Of a stretch of DNA of 64,000 bases, positions 28,801 through 37,409 are shown piece by piece. This stretch comes from an uncultured bacterium. Lineage in GTDB: Bacteria > Krumholzibacteriota > Krumholzibacteriia > LZORAL124-64-63. Position 1 is the stretch's first letter, and every line of letters starts with the position of its first letter. Where the stretch lies: NCBI GenBank assembly GCA_963727525.1, contig CAVSGO010000006.1:146828-210827 (forward strand), read 5' to 3'. The notes under the pieces are model-generated. The model made no database searches, had not been told where the DNA came from, and saw only the letters and a program-made list of their open reading frames with translations. The position numbers and the translations under genes are program-made.

Positions 28801-30566
28801 ACGCGCGCTCCCTGCACGGGAGCGCCGTCGGATACGACGCTGATCGTCACGCTGCCCGCGCCCACCGCGACCTGGGCGGGATAGTAGGCCGCGATCGCAC
28901 TCGGGACGCCGAGCCAGATCGGCGTGGCCGGATCGCCCATGAGGTTGTTCCAGACGGCCCAGATCTCGGCTTTGTCGGGCTCGGCGAGGAAGTAATTGTC
29001 GTAGAGCTCCAGCTTGCCGAGGGTATGCGCCACGCCGATATGCGGGTCGCGCTCGAGTAGTCCGTTCCAGGTGCCCTGGTAGTAGCAGTTGTTGTACCGG
29101 GTATGAGTGCCGACGGTGGCCGTACCGATCGCCGCCACGGCGCCGCCGCCTGACGCCCGCAGGAATGCTTCCGAGTGGCATACATAGGAGCCGTCGAACG
29201 ATCCCGTGTCGCAGGTCGGTATGATCGCCACCGGCAGGCGGCCACCATTCGTCAGCACGCCGATCAGGGCCGGAGAGATGCCGCTCATCTCCAGGTAGCC
29301 GCGGTAGCCGAAGGCGCTCTTGCCCAAGTTCAGCGACGTGAGGAACTGCGTGGAGAAGTCGCCGCCCCAGATCGTGTCGACGGCGCTGTAGCCGCTGGCG
29401 AGGAGCCGGCCCTTCAACCACTGGTTCACGGTGATCGTGGTGATGCCCGAAGAACTCGGGTCGCCGATGAGACACCCCTCGGTGAACCAGTTCGTGTCGT
29501 CCCGGGGAGGTGCCGTCTCGTAGTTCAGGACCTTGTTCACGATGACGCCGGCCGTCTCGAGGTCGGAGAAGCTGAGGCGCCCGATATGCACGTCGGAGAG
29601 GATGTCGTCGCCGTCGAGCAGCGTGTAATAGTGGTCGCCCTCGCCTCCGTACTGGGAGAGGCCCTCGTGCCACGTGGGCACCCCCCAGGGCCCCCACGTG
29701 TCCCCGGCGAGCACCACGTACGTCAGTGGAGGGATGCCGGGATCGTCATACAGCGCCTGGAGCTGGGCCTTCACGTCGGTGTTGGGACCGGGTCCATGGA
29801 TGATTTCCACGTGGTAGCCCTCTTGCCGACGCCAGTCGATGAGTGGCTGGAGGGGCGTCAATGCCGTCTCGTAGCCGTACACGAGGGCCCACGTGCCCGG
29901 GCGGTCGTCCAGGGCGGCTCCGCGACGGCTCGCGGGTGCGGCCTTGCCGTCGGGCGCGTCGAACCGTAGCTCGATCACCACGCGGCTCGCCGCCGCGATA
30001 CGTCCATTCCCAGGATCATATGCCACGGGGATCACGTTCACCGCGACCACGGCCTGTCCTGCCATGATCTGCGCCGCACCCACCAGCACCTGCGCGCCGT
30101 CGACCCGCCCGGCGTGGATCACCGCGGCGGGCGCGGTCACGCGCACCCAGCCGGCACGCGCATATGCGCCGGGATCGATCACCGGCGCCTTCGCACCGGC
30201 CGGCTGCACCGGAAGCAAGCACCCGCCTGGGAGGGCGTCCATCGTCGCATCCACCACGCGGGCGCCCACGCGGGCGCCGGCCGGAACCTCCACGAGGTGC
30301 CCCAGCACCGGCAGTCCCGGCGCGCCCGGTTCGCCGAGGAGCCCAGCGCCGTCGATCGTCAGCGCGGTATAGGTCGTGCCGTCCACGTCGACGATGGTGC
30401 GGTTCGGAGCCGGGATGGCGATCTCGATCCGCGTCGACACGGCGTCGCGCGCGATCACGCGCCAGCGGGCGCGTTCCGACGCACCGGCGGCGGGCAATGC
30501 CGCCAGGACCAGGCTCGTAGTGGTCAACATGCATGCGGCAGCGAGGCCGATACGACGATGGTGCAT
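25875..30566 (-). CDS. C25 (gingipain-like) peptidase with propeptide, Ig-like domains and FlgD-Ig C-terminal domain
   Basis: Signal peptide; GEPGAPGLPV propeptide; WRRQEGY, YVVLAGD, DHYYTLLDGDD..DVHIGRL, PTCDTGSF, NLMGDPA; C-terminus NHPNPFNPMT...WDGTDARGRTVASGVYL...GKMLLAR. Confidence 0.92.
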   Translation of the reverse strand: MHHRRIGLAAACMLTTTSLVLAALPAAGASERARWRVIARDAVSTRIEIAIPAPNRTIVDVDGTTYTALTIDGAGLLGEPGAPGLPVLGHLVEVPAGARVGARVVDATMDALPGGCLLPVQPAGAKAPVIDPGAYARAGWVRVTAPAAVIHAGRVDGAQVLVGAAQIMAGQAVVAVNVIPVAYDPGNGRIAAASRVVIELRFDAPDGKAAPASRRGAALDDRPGTWALVYGYETALTPLQPLIDWRRQEGYHVEIIHGPGPNTDVKAQLQALYDDPGIPPLTYVVLAGDTWGPWGVPTWHEGLSQYGGEGDHYYTLLDGDDILSDVHIGRLSFSDLETAGVIVNKVLNYETAPPRDDTNWFTEGCLIGDPSSSGITTITVNQWLKGRLLASGYSAVDTIWGGDFSTQFLTSLNLGKSAFGYRGYLEMSGISPALIGVLTNGGRLPVAIIPTCDTGSFDGSYVCHSEAFLRASGGGAVAAIGTATVGTHTRYNNCYYQGTWNGLLERDPHIGVAHTLGKLELYDNYFLAEPDKAEIWAVWNNLMGDPATPIWLGVPSAIAAYYPAQVAVGAGSVTISVVSDGAPVQGARVCLYREGELQVVGHTSEFGATTLVTPPLSAGTCTVTATALGMIPYRGDLTVGEVAVACEVAAMTIDDSAGNGDGMLDPGETALLSLAITNLGTATASAVAGTLIGGDPWGRVVSGVLSFGDIAPGDTVWAAAPVTIAVDAGAPDGAVVRWPLPLTATDLTFTDVVQATVHGPSFSVSDPTWSEGETFEPGQTGTLVITLANDGSVAAPDAAATLTTDSPWLEITDTTGSFGAIGSGDAAANTLDPFGLTIAPGCFPGHLAVLRLTIADGAGGQSVRDVPVTVGTAATDAPTGPGAGGYYAFDDTDVASGHAPVYDWVALDPVSGGPGVSLDLDDQGFEQDQTRTIDLPFPFRYYGVAFDRVSICSNGWLALGETPLVQYRNVTLPAAGSPGSLIAVFWDDLYQIGNADVYTWYDAAQHRFIAQWYNLLNNFSRARENFEVILLDPAWHPTATGDGAIIMQYAEVHNTDTRDGYATVGIQNHDRTGGLLYTYWNQYAAGGTPLEAGRAIRFEPIGAVALPQAEVTPASIVVTVPPGGHVTRTLHVANTGAAGSQLGYAVAVVDPAVLPPEIAHKAAATPAPPNLDGSTLTFDTSSFEPGTTVDIAMSVYADGEGIFPLLTIVALQCPSGVTLNDATDLGVATGDTLTWLGPAGDEVVTVWDGLADGGSAFIPLGNTATGTLNVSFAPDAAGEVTFAYSLEDIGLYGQPDQVVGTITLTSDQPYLDLHTPVAGTVAVIGQELPITFTAGNGSGLVDVAIQRDEAGPWSGLATDVDAAAGAWTWLVAGNPGPYARIRVSDAQDTALSDSSSVFAVGRDVSWVQPGLANGVVPGGAEATIVVTLHAADVSSGTQDALLRVTTSAGGETRIPVTLQVAEDTAVDGDTPGAVKLRGNHPNPFNPMTSIAFSLPRAMAATLDVFAPDGKRVRRLVAGTLDAGSHEVIWDGTDARGRTVASGVYLVRLVTDDGITAGKMLLAR

Positions 30567-30643
30567 GGGAGGATACTCCTACGACGATATGAGCCCGAGA
30601 TCGGCATGACGATACGGAGGCCGCCGCTGTACGAGCAACACCG

Positions 30644-31561
30644 TCAGTGCGTGCGACGATTCAGCGCGGCCGCGCCCACGATGAGCAGTCCGCCCACGTA
30701 GCTCAGCACGTCGGGTCGCTCGCGCCAGATCAGGAGGCCGAGAGCAAGGGAGAACAGCACGTGGGCGTACGAGTAGATCGAGATGCGCGCGGCCGGTGCG
30801 TGGTGGTAGGACATGGTGAGGAAGATCTGTCCACCGGCGGCGAACACGCCCGTGCCCAGCAGCGCCAGCCACTGCCAGCCATGCGGCACGGACGTACCGC
30901 GCAGCAGGAAGGGCGCCACCATGACCGTCGAAATGAAGGAGAAGTAGAAGACGATGCGGCTCGGTGATTCCTTGCCCTTGAGCGCGCGCACGACCACGTA
31001 GGCGACCGCCGCGAACAGGCTCGACGCCAGCCCCGCCGCCGCCGGTAGCGGCGCCATGCCCAGCGTGGGCTTGAGCACCAGCGCCGCGCCCGCGAAGGCG
31101 ATCATCACGCCGCCGAGCACGCGCCGCGTGATCCTCTCGCCGAGCACCATGGCCGCCAGTACCAGCACGAAGAATGGCGAGAGCTTGTTCAGAAGGGCGG
31201 CGTCGGCGAGGAAGAGGTGGTCGACCGCGTAGAAGTACGATGCCACCCCCAGCAAGCCCGAAATCGAGCGCAGGATCAGCAGACGCAGGTGGCGCGTCGG
31301 GCCGAACGGATTCTCCCGCCGGGCCGCGAACGCGCCCGCCGTGATCGCCAGCGTCACCAGGTTGCGCGCCATCACCTTCTCGGGCATGGGCAGGTCGCCG
31401 GAGAGCTTCACCATGGCCGCCATGAACGAGAAGCTCGCCGACGACACGAGCATGTACACCACCGCGCGGCCGAAGCGATCGGCGGCCAAGGGCTCGTGCC
31501 CCTCCGGCAGCAGGCGCTCGGGCGACCGGCGTTCCGCGAGTTGTCGTTCGGTTCGTGGCAT
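30644..31561 (-). CDS. DMT/EamA family transporter
   Basis: Two EamA repeats; LLNKLSPFFV, LGERI, HAPAARIS. Start codon uncertain. Confidence 0.9.
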   Translation of the reverse strand: MPRTERQLAERRSPERLLPEGHEPLAADRFGRAVVYMLVSSASFSFMAAMVKLSGDLPMPEKVMARNLVTLAITAGAFAARRENPFGPTRHLRLLILRSISGLLGVASYFYAVDHLFLADAALLNKLSPFFVLVLAAMVLGERITRRVLGGVMIAFAGAALVLKPTLGMAPLPAAAGLASSLFAAVAYVVVRALKGKESPSRIVFYFSFISTVMVAPFLLRGTSVPHGWQWLALLGTGVFAAGGQIFLTMSYHHAPAARISIYSYAHVLFSLALGLLIWRERPDVLSYVGGLLIVGAAALNRRTH

Positions 31562-31647
31562 GCGATGCTGATGGGGTGAGGGTGATGGGCGTGCGACCCG
31601 CAGAAGGTAGGGCTCGCGCTTCCCTGCAGCCAGGACGAGGAGCGCGC

Positions 31648-33039
31648 ATGCGCGACGGCAACGTGACCATGCACTGGGAAGACGCCGCGCTCGGCGCCGT
31701 GGTGGCCGATGTCTGCCGCCGCGTGCGGGACGCCGGCGGCCGCGCCTGGCTGGTGGGCGGCAGCGTGCGCGACACCCTGCGCGGCGAGGCCGCCCACGAC
31801 GCCGACGCCGAGGTCCACGGCCTGACGCCGGATGCCGTCGACGCCGCCTTGCGCGGGGGCAGCTACGTCGTCGACGCCGTGGGCAAGGCCTTCGCCGTGT
31901 TCAAGCTGCACGACTGGCCGGTCGATGTCGCCCTGCCCCGGCGCGAGCGCAAGACGGGCCCCGGCCACCGCGGATTCGACGTGGAGGTCGACCCGCAGCT
32001 CGGACTTCCGGCCGCCGCCGCGCGCCGCGACTTCACGCTCAACGCGATCTATCTCGACCCCCTCACGGGCGAGCTGGCCGATCCGCTCGGCGGCCGGGAC
32101 GATCTCGCTGCCGGTCGTCTGCGCCACTGTTCGGAGGCGTTCGCGGAGGATCCTCTGCGCGTGCTGCGCGCGATGCAGCTCGTGGCCCGCTTCGACCTCG
32201 AGGTCGCGCCCGAGACGGTGGCGCTGTGCCGTGGGCTGCGCGCCGAGGAGCTGCCGGTGGAGCGTGTGGCCGGCGAGTGGGAGAAGCTCCTGTTGCAGGG
32301 TGAGACCCCATCGCGCGGACTGCACTTCCTGCGCGACGCGCACTGGCTGCGATATTACCCCGAACTGGCCCGCCTCGACGGCTGCGGCCAGAACGAGCGC
32401 CACCACCCGGAGGGCGACGTCCTCGTGCACACGGGCCTGTGCCTCGACGCCTTCGCCCGCCGCCGCCTCGGCGACCGCCTCGAGGACCTCATCGTGGGCC
32501 TCGCCGTGCTGTGCCACGATCTCGGCAAGCCCGACACCGTCGCCGTGATCGACGGCGTGATCCGCACCTACAACCACCACGCCGCCGGCGAGGCCCCCAC
32601 CCGGTCCCTCCTCGCCCGCCTGACCCGCCGCCAGGACATCGTGACCCAGGTCCTGCCCCTCGTCCGCCACCACAACGCCCCGAATTTCTTCTTCAAGGAC
32701 GGCGCCGGCCCCGCCGCCATCCGCCGCCTCGCCCGCACCGTCGGCCGCCTCGACAGATTGGTCCGCGTCGCCCGCGCCGACTGGCAAGGCCGTGGCGATC
32801 TCGACTGCCCGTGCCCCGGCTGCGACTGGCTCCTCGAGCGCGCCGCCGACCTGGGCATCAGCGACCATGCGCCCACGCCGCTGGTGCAGGGAAGGCACCT
32901 CATCGCCCTGGGTCTGGAACCGAGCCCCCGGTTCAAGAAGCTCCTCGATGCATGCTACGAAGCCCAGCTCGACGGGATCTTCACGGACGAAGCGGGCGCT
33001 CAGGTGTATGTCGAGGAGATGGTACGCCAGTGGCGATAG
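31648..33039 (+). CDS. cca: tRNA nucleotidyltransferase (CCA-adding class II) with HD domain
   Basis: LVGGSVRD, DAD, RRDFTLNA, EDPLRVLRA, HHPEGDVLVH, HDLGK; GAGGA then ATG31648. Confidence 0.88.
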   Translation: MRDGNVTMHWEDAALGAVVADVCRRVRDAGGRAWLVGGSVRDTLRGEAAHDADAEVHGLTPDAVDAALRGGSYVVDAVGKAFAVFKLHDWPVDVALPRRERKTGPGHRGFDVEVDPQLGLPAAAARRDFTLNAIYLDPLTGELADPLGGRDDLAAGRLRHCSEAFAEDPLRVLRAMQLVARFDLEVAPETVALCRGLRAEELPVERVAGEWEKLLLQGETPSRGLHFLRDAHWLRYYPELARLDGCGQNERHHPEGDVLVHTGLCLDAFARRRLGDRLEDLIVGLAVLCHDLGKPDTVAVIDGVIRTYNHHAAGEAPTRSLLARLTRRQDIVTQVLPLVRHHNAPNFFFKDGAGPAAIRRLARTVGRLDRLVRVARADWQGRGDLDCPCPGCDWLLERAADLGISDHAPTPLVQGRHLIALGLEPSPRFKKLLDACYEAQLDGIFTDEAGAQVYVEEMVRQWR

Positions 33040-33067
33040 CGGGCCGTCTTCTAGGCCGTTGGTATTT

Positions 33068-33156
33068 GACGAACCGTTTGGCCAGCCGGATCGGCCCGGT
33101 CACGTCGCTGGCAGGATCCGGCGCCGCGTCAGGACCGCCCGCTGCTCAACGTAGGC
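33068..33156 (+). other. Degenerate integron attC-like imperfect hairpin
   Basis: GACGAAC...CAGCCGG...(GTCACGTCGC)...CCCGCTG-CTCAAC-GTAGGC resembles the R''/L''/L'/R' layout, but spacing is off and R' lacks a T. Confidence 0.35.
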
Positions 33157-33198
33157 GTCGGGTACTGGAGACTCTGGAAGATTCAAAGGAGGTATTGC

Positions 33199-33579
33199 AT
33201 GAAGCGAGTCACCGGGATCGGAGGAGTATTTTTCAGGGCCAAGGACCCAGGGGCGCTGCAGATCTGGTACAAGACACACCTCGGCATCGACGTTCAGGAA
33301 TGGGGTGGCACCGCGTTTCGCTGGGTCGACGATGCTGGCACTCCAGCGAACGGCATGACCGTCTGGTCGATCGGGGATGGCTCGAACTTCGTTCCGGGTA
33401 CGGCCCCCTTCATGATCAACTATCGGGTTGCGGACCTTCATGCACTGATGGAAGCACTCCGCAATGAGGGGTGCCAGGTTCTTGATAAGGTGGATGAATC
33501 AGAATTCGGGAAGTTCGGGTGGGTCGTCGATCCGGAAGGAAACAAGGTCGAGTTGTGGCAGCCGCCGGAGGGCCAGTAG
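33199..33579 (+). CDS. VOC/glyoxalase family protein
   Basis: MKRVTGIGGVFF, MINYRVADL, GKFGWVVDPEGNKVELWQP; AAGGAGG RBS. Confidence 0.92.
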   Translation: MKRVTGIGGVFFRAKDPGALQIWYKTHLGIDVQEWGGTAFRWVDDAGTPANGMTVWSIGDGSNFVPGTAPFMINYRVADLHALMEALRNEGCQVLDKVDESEFGKFGWVVDPEGNKVELWQPPEGQ

Positions 33580-33654
33580 CCCCACGGCCTGCCGCGGCCC
33601 TAGAGGCAGCTTGCCGGTCGGGGCGCGCCACATTTCACCGAGGCGCGCCGGTCG

Positions 33655-34902
33655 CTAGTCCTGGCAACGCACCTCGACCCGGCGGTTCATGGCGCGGCCG
33701 CACTCGTCGTCGTTCGACGCGACCGGTCGCGCCTCGCCTGCGCCGGCGGCTGAGAGTCTGCCGGCTTCTACGCCACGTGCGACGAGGTCGGCCACGACCG
33801 CGATCGCCCGGCGCTCGGAGAGGGTCTGGTTGTAGGCCGCCTCGCCCTCACTGGACGTGTGCCCCTCGATGAGCACCGTCGCCGACGCTTCGGCCTGCAG
33901 CCCGCGCGCGAGCTCGGCCAGGACCGGCGCCGACTCGGGCCGGATGACGTCGGAATCGAAGTCGAAGGTGATGCCCTGGATCACCGAGCCGCACCCGAGC
34001 CGCGGCGGTGCCGGATCCGCACAGTCGCTCACCGGATCGGTGTCCGTGGGCGCGCCGGTGTAGAGCGCGAAAGGTGCGCCGTTGGTCGACCGCACGCCGC
34101 GAATGGTCCCGTCATCGGTGACGCCCAGGATGAACAGGCTGACCACGCCGTCGCTGCGGCCGGTGCCGGTGGCGCGTAGGATGCTCCCGGTGACGGTGCC
34201 CTCGAGACGCGACCCGTCGTCGTAGCAGCCGGCGACCAGGGCCCCTTCCTGCACCAGCCGCAGGTGCACGCCGCGATCGCGCCACATGCCCGTGAATGCG
34301 GTGGAGAGCGCGGGTGTCTCCTGCGTGCCATTGCCGATGATCTCGCTGAACTCGAGGAACATCTGATCGCGGTCCATCGCGATGCCGCCTTGCAGGCGTA
34401 CGCGCACCCATTGCACCGGCATCGTCGCCTGCAGGGCGAGGTCGGTCACCTGGCCGCGCCGCGCATGCGTGGTGAGCGTGCCGCGGGCAAGCAGGGTCCA
34501 CGGCCCGTCCGGGCCCGCGGCCGAACCGTGGACCTCGACCTTCCGCGTGAAGGTCTGCGACGGGCTCGGCGTCTCGAGCACCTCGGGCACGGCGAGCCGG
34601 TCGAAGGTGGTGGGCGCCGGCAACGCGAAGACGAACCCGGTCACCGTGGTCGAGTCGGCCCGGTTCACCAGCGGGAAGTCGCCGGGATAACCGTCGACGA
34701 TCTGCAGAGCGTGGGTGAGATTCGTACCCTTGCCCGCTCCCGAGCTTTCCACGCGCAATGGTACGGCACCGCGGGCGAGCGTGAGGTAGTCGATCCGCGA
34801 TGGCGGATCCTCGCGGTCACGGATGGTGGGGGAGTCTGCCTGGGCCAGGCCGAACGAGGTGGCAGACATGGCGAGGGCGAGGGTGACGGCGATGAGGCGC
34901 AT
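33655..34902 (-). CDS. Secreted OmpA-family protein with discoidin-like N-terminal domain
   Basis: Signal peptide; ITFDFDSD, IEGHTS, YNQTLSERRA, GAGEARPVASN, NRRVE. Confidence 0.88.
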   Translation of the reverse strand: MRLIAVTLALAMSATSFGLAQADSPTIRDREDPPSRIDYLTLARGAVPLRVESSGAGKGTNLTHALQIVDGYPGDFPLVNRADSTTVTGFVFALPAPTTFDRLAVPEVLETPSPSQTFTRKVEVHGSAAGPDGPWTLLARGTLTTHARRGQVTDLALQATMPVQWVRVRLQGGIAMDRDQMFLEFSEIIGNGTQETPALSTAFTGMWRDRGVHLRLVQEGALVAGCYDDGSRLEGTVTGSILRATGTGRSDGVVSLFILGVTDDGTIRGVRSTNGAPFALYTGAPTDTDPVSDCADPAPPRLGCGSVIQGITFDFDSDVIRPESAPVLAELARGLQAEASATVLIEGHTSSEGEAAYNQTLSERRAIAVVADLVARGVEAGRLSAAGAGEARPVASNDDECGRAMNRRVEVRCQD

Positions 34903-34988
34903 CCCATCTCCGATCGAGGGGGTGGCGATACGTCGAGATGAGAGGGCAAAATATCATACCAGATTGATCGCGGAAAGCGAATCCCGTC

Positions 34989-35645
34989 CTACGTCGCCGC
35001 GGCGGCATCCTGCTCGGAGAAGTAGCTGGCGAACTGGTCGGCCAGCGCGAGGCGGGCGGCCGCCAGGGCCGTCGCGGCCGTTTCGAATTCGCTTCGACGC
35101 AGCGACTCCGCGAGGCCATGCCAGGTCTCGAGCCAGCCACCGGCGTCCCAGCCGCGATCAACGGCCGCGCTGATGTAGCGCAAAGTGAGCCGGTTCTGGC
35201 GCAGGGCGAGGGTGCGCAGGGTGAGGTTGCGGCAGCCGTCGAGCGTGATGCGCGTGAGCAGGTAGAACGTTTCCACGAGACCATCGCGGTCGGTGCGGCC
35301 GAGGCGGGCGCGGGAGAGCAGATTCTGCAGTTCCATCACCGCGCGGCCGTCGAGCGGGTCGCGATCGCGCAGTGCGGCGGGCTCGATGACGGCGAGCACG
35401 CGGCAGAGTTCGTTGATCTCGCGCGCGGTGAGCGGCGGTACCTGGAAACCTCGGCCCATGAACGACAGCAACACGCCCTCGGCCTGCAGGCCGAGCATGG
35501 CCTCGCGCAGGGGGGTGCGGCTGATACCCAGGTCCTGCGACACGCGCGACTCATTCAGGTGCATGCCCGCCGGCAGGCGACCGTCGACGATGCGCGCGAG
35601 GATCTCGGCGCCGACGTCCGTTCGCAGGGGTTTGCGCTCAAACAT
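34989..35645 (-). CDS. GntR family transcriptional regulator (FCD-type)
   Basis: LPAGMHLNESRVSQDLGISRTPLREAM..L..EG. Confidence 0.9.
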   Translation of the reverse strand: MFERKPLRTDVGAEILARIVDGRLPAGMHLNESRVSQDLGISRTPLREAMLGLQAEGVLLSFMGRGFQVPPLTAREINELCRVLAVIEPAALRDRDPLDGRAVMELQNLLSRARLGRTDRDGLVETFYLLTRITLDGCRNLTLRTLALRQNRLTLRYISAAVDRGWDAGGWLETWHGLAESLRRSEFETAATALAAARLALADQFASYFSEQDAAAAT

Positions 35646-35678
35646 GCCACGTCCTTGCCGGGGCGTCGGCGACGCGCC

Positions 35679-35987
35679 TCAGACCCGCACGACCGAGTTC
35701 TCGGCACCCTCGAAGCCACTGGGGCAGTACCGATCAGCACCGTCGTCGTTCTGCCAGGTCTTGCCGTCGAGGAGGTAGCGGTACTGGTACTCGCGTCCCA
35801 CCTCGAGGTCGAGCGTCACCTTGAATTCGCCGCTCTTCAGCTTCTCCAGCGGTGTGGCGCGGGGGTTCCAGTCGTTGAACTCGCCGACGAGGCTGACCTT
35901 CCCGGCCCCGAGGGCCAGATCCTTGGGCAGCCGGAACGTCACCTTGCACACCGGCTTGCTCTTGAGAGGTTTCTTGATGACGCTCAT
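35679..35987 (-). CDS. Isoamylase early-set (CBM48-like) domain protein
   Basis: MSVIKKPLKSKPVCKVTF, LVGEFNDW, YQYRYLLDGKTWQND; GGAGG RBS. Confidence 0.9.
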   Translation of the reverse strand: MSVIKKPLKSKPVCKVTFRLPKDLALGAGKVSLVGEFNDWNPRATPLEKLKSGEFKVTLDLEVGREYQYRYLLDGKTWQNDDGADRYCPSGFEGAENSVVRV

Positions 35988-36074
35988 GGACGAATCCTCC
36001 GTATAAAGACCCTCGATCTCATCTTTGGGCGCAAGATAGAGCCGATCCGGTCCAGGCGTCAAATCACGTCTCCG

Positions 36075-37391
36075 TCAATTCGCCGTGCCCAGTTCCAGCA
36101 TGTACCCCGCCACCGCCTTGAGCTTCTCGTCGCCGAGCTTGAAGGCGGGCATCTGCGGAAAGCCCGCCCGCTTCTTGCCGGGGCTGCTCGCCCAGGTCAC
36201 GATGCCGTCGGGATTGTCGGCATAGATCTTCGCAATCTCGCGCAGCGACGGGCCCACGAGCACACGGTCGGTCGTATGGCATGCCGCGCAGGTGCCCTGG
36301 AAGATCTTCTGGCCCAGGGGCACCTTCACGAGCGTCTGGCCCGTGGCTTCGCGCCACTGCGCGGCCGCCACTTGCCAGCCCAAGTCGCGCGTGTGGGCCG
36401 CGACGAGACGACGATGCTCGTTCAGCGCGTTCTCCCGGTAGACGTGGCGGCCGTAGCCCATGGCGAAGGCCGTGAGCGTGAGGAGTGTGAAGACGAGCAC
36501 GCCGCGCGGCAGGGCTCGCGCGGCAGGCCGCGTCACCTCCCGCCACATCGTCACCGTGGCCACGATGGCCAGCGTCACGCCCACGCTGATGATCCCGATG
36601 AGGTACCAGCTCACGCCCTGGGCCGGCAGCGTCAACAACAACAACGGCCCGAACACCACCTGCATTGCCGTGGCGCCCAGGGTGATGCCATAGAAGAGGC
36701 GGCGCAGCGCGCGGCGATCGAGCTCCTGGAAGCGCGTCTCCACGTGGTAGCTGTCGCGCAGGAAGAACACGAGCAGAAAGAGTCCGGCGATCGCCACGCT
36801 CGCCGTGAGGAAGTGGAAGTATCGTGGCCACACGTTGGGCAGGGCCAGCGCGGAGACGAAGCCGTGGACCTCGGACCAGCGGCCAGGGAACAGCATCAGG
36901 TTGATGTTGGCCAGGAAGATGAGCGGGATGGCCAGGAACATCGCCGCGCCGGCCATGCCTATCGCGATGTGCAGGCCCTTGGCGTCGGCGAGCCTGTCCC
37001 ATGTGTACTTGTGGATGTACGTCACCAGGAAGGCCACCGTCACGAGCGGGATGATCGCGATCCACGCCGCCCCGGTGAGCGCGTTGGCCGAATAGAAGTA
37101 CACCGTGTACACCAGGTTGAGGGCCAGTAGCGGCCCCACGCCCAGCACCACGGCCAGGCTCTTGTTCACGGTCACGGTGCCGGCGATCTCCCTCGCGAGC
37201 ACGTCGAAATCACGACGCCGGCGGCCGAGCAGCTCGAACACCACCGTGAGCAGCGAGCCGCCCACCATGAGGTTCACGAAGAGGATGTGCCACAGGAAGA
37301 GCAGCACGAGCAGCGTGTTGACGACCACGGAGTCCGCCGGCAGCGGCAGCGGAATGTCGCGCGGCAGGGGCCAGTTGGCGATCGAGTCCAT
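36075..37391 (-). CDS. CydA-like membrane protein fused to C-terminal cytochrome c (subunit B)
   Basis: WHILFVNLMVGG and PRYFHFLTAS (His positions comparable to CydA heme ligands); CAACH, VGPSL, QMPAF. Confidence 0.75.
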   Translation of the reverse strand: MDSIANWPLPRDIPLPLPADSVVVNTLLVLLFLWHILFVNLMVGGSLLTVVFELLGRRRRDFDVLAREIAGTVTVNKSLAVVLGVGPLLALNLVYTVYFYSANALTGAAWIAIIPLVTVAFLVTYIHKYTWDRLADAKGLHIAIGMAGAAMFLAIPLIFLANINLMLFPGRWSEVHGFVSALALPNVWPRYFHFLTASVAIAGLFLLVFFLRDSYHVETRFQELDRRALRRLFYGITLGATAMQVVFGPLLLLTLPAQGVSWYLIGIISVGVTLAIVATVTMWREVTRPAARALPRGVLVFTLLTLTAFAMGYGRHVYRENALNEHRRLVAAHTRDLGWQVAAAQWREATGQTLVKVPLGQKIFQGTCAACHTTDRVLVGPSLREIAKIYADNPDGIVTWASSPGKKRAGFPQMPAFKLGDEKLKAVAGYMLELGTAN

Positions 37392-37409
37392 CGTGCGGTT
37401 CTCCTGTGA

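Noticed and set aside
32400-32900. Strongly C-rich plus strand (and G-rich plus strand at 11500-12000)
   Set aside because: Both lie within intact ORFs and are explained by third-position C preference on the coding strand.
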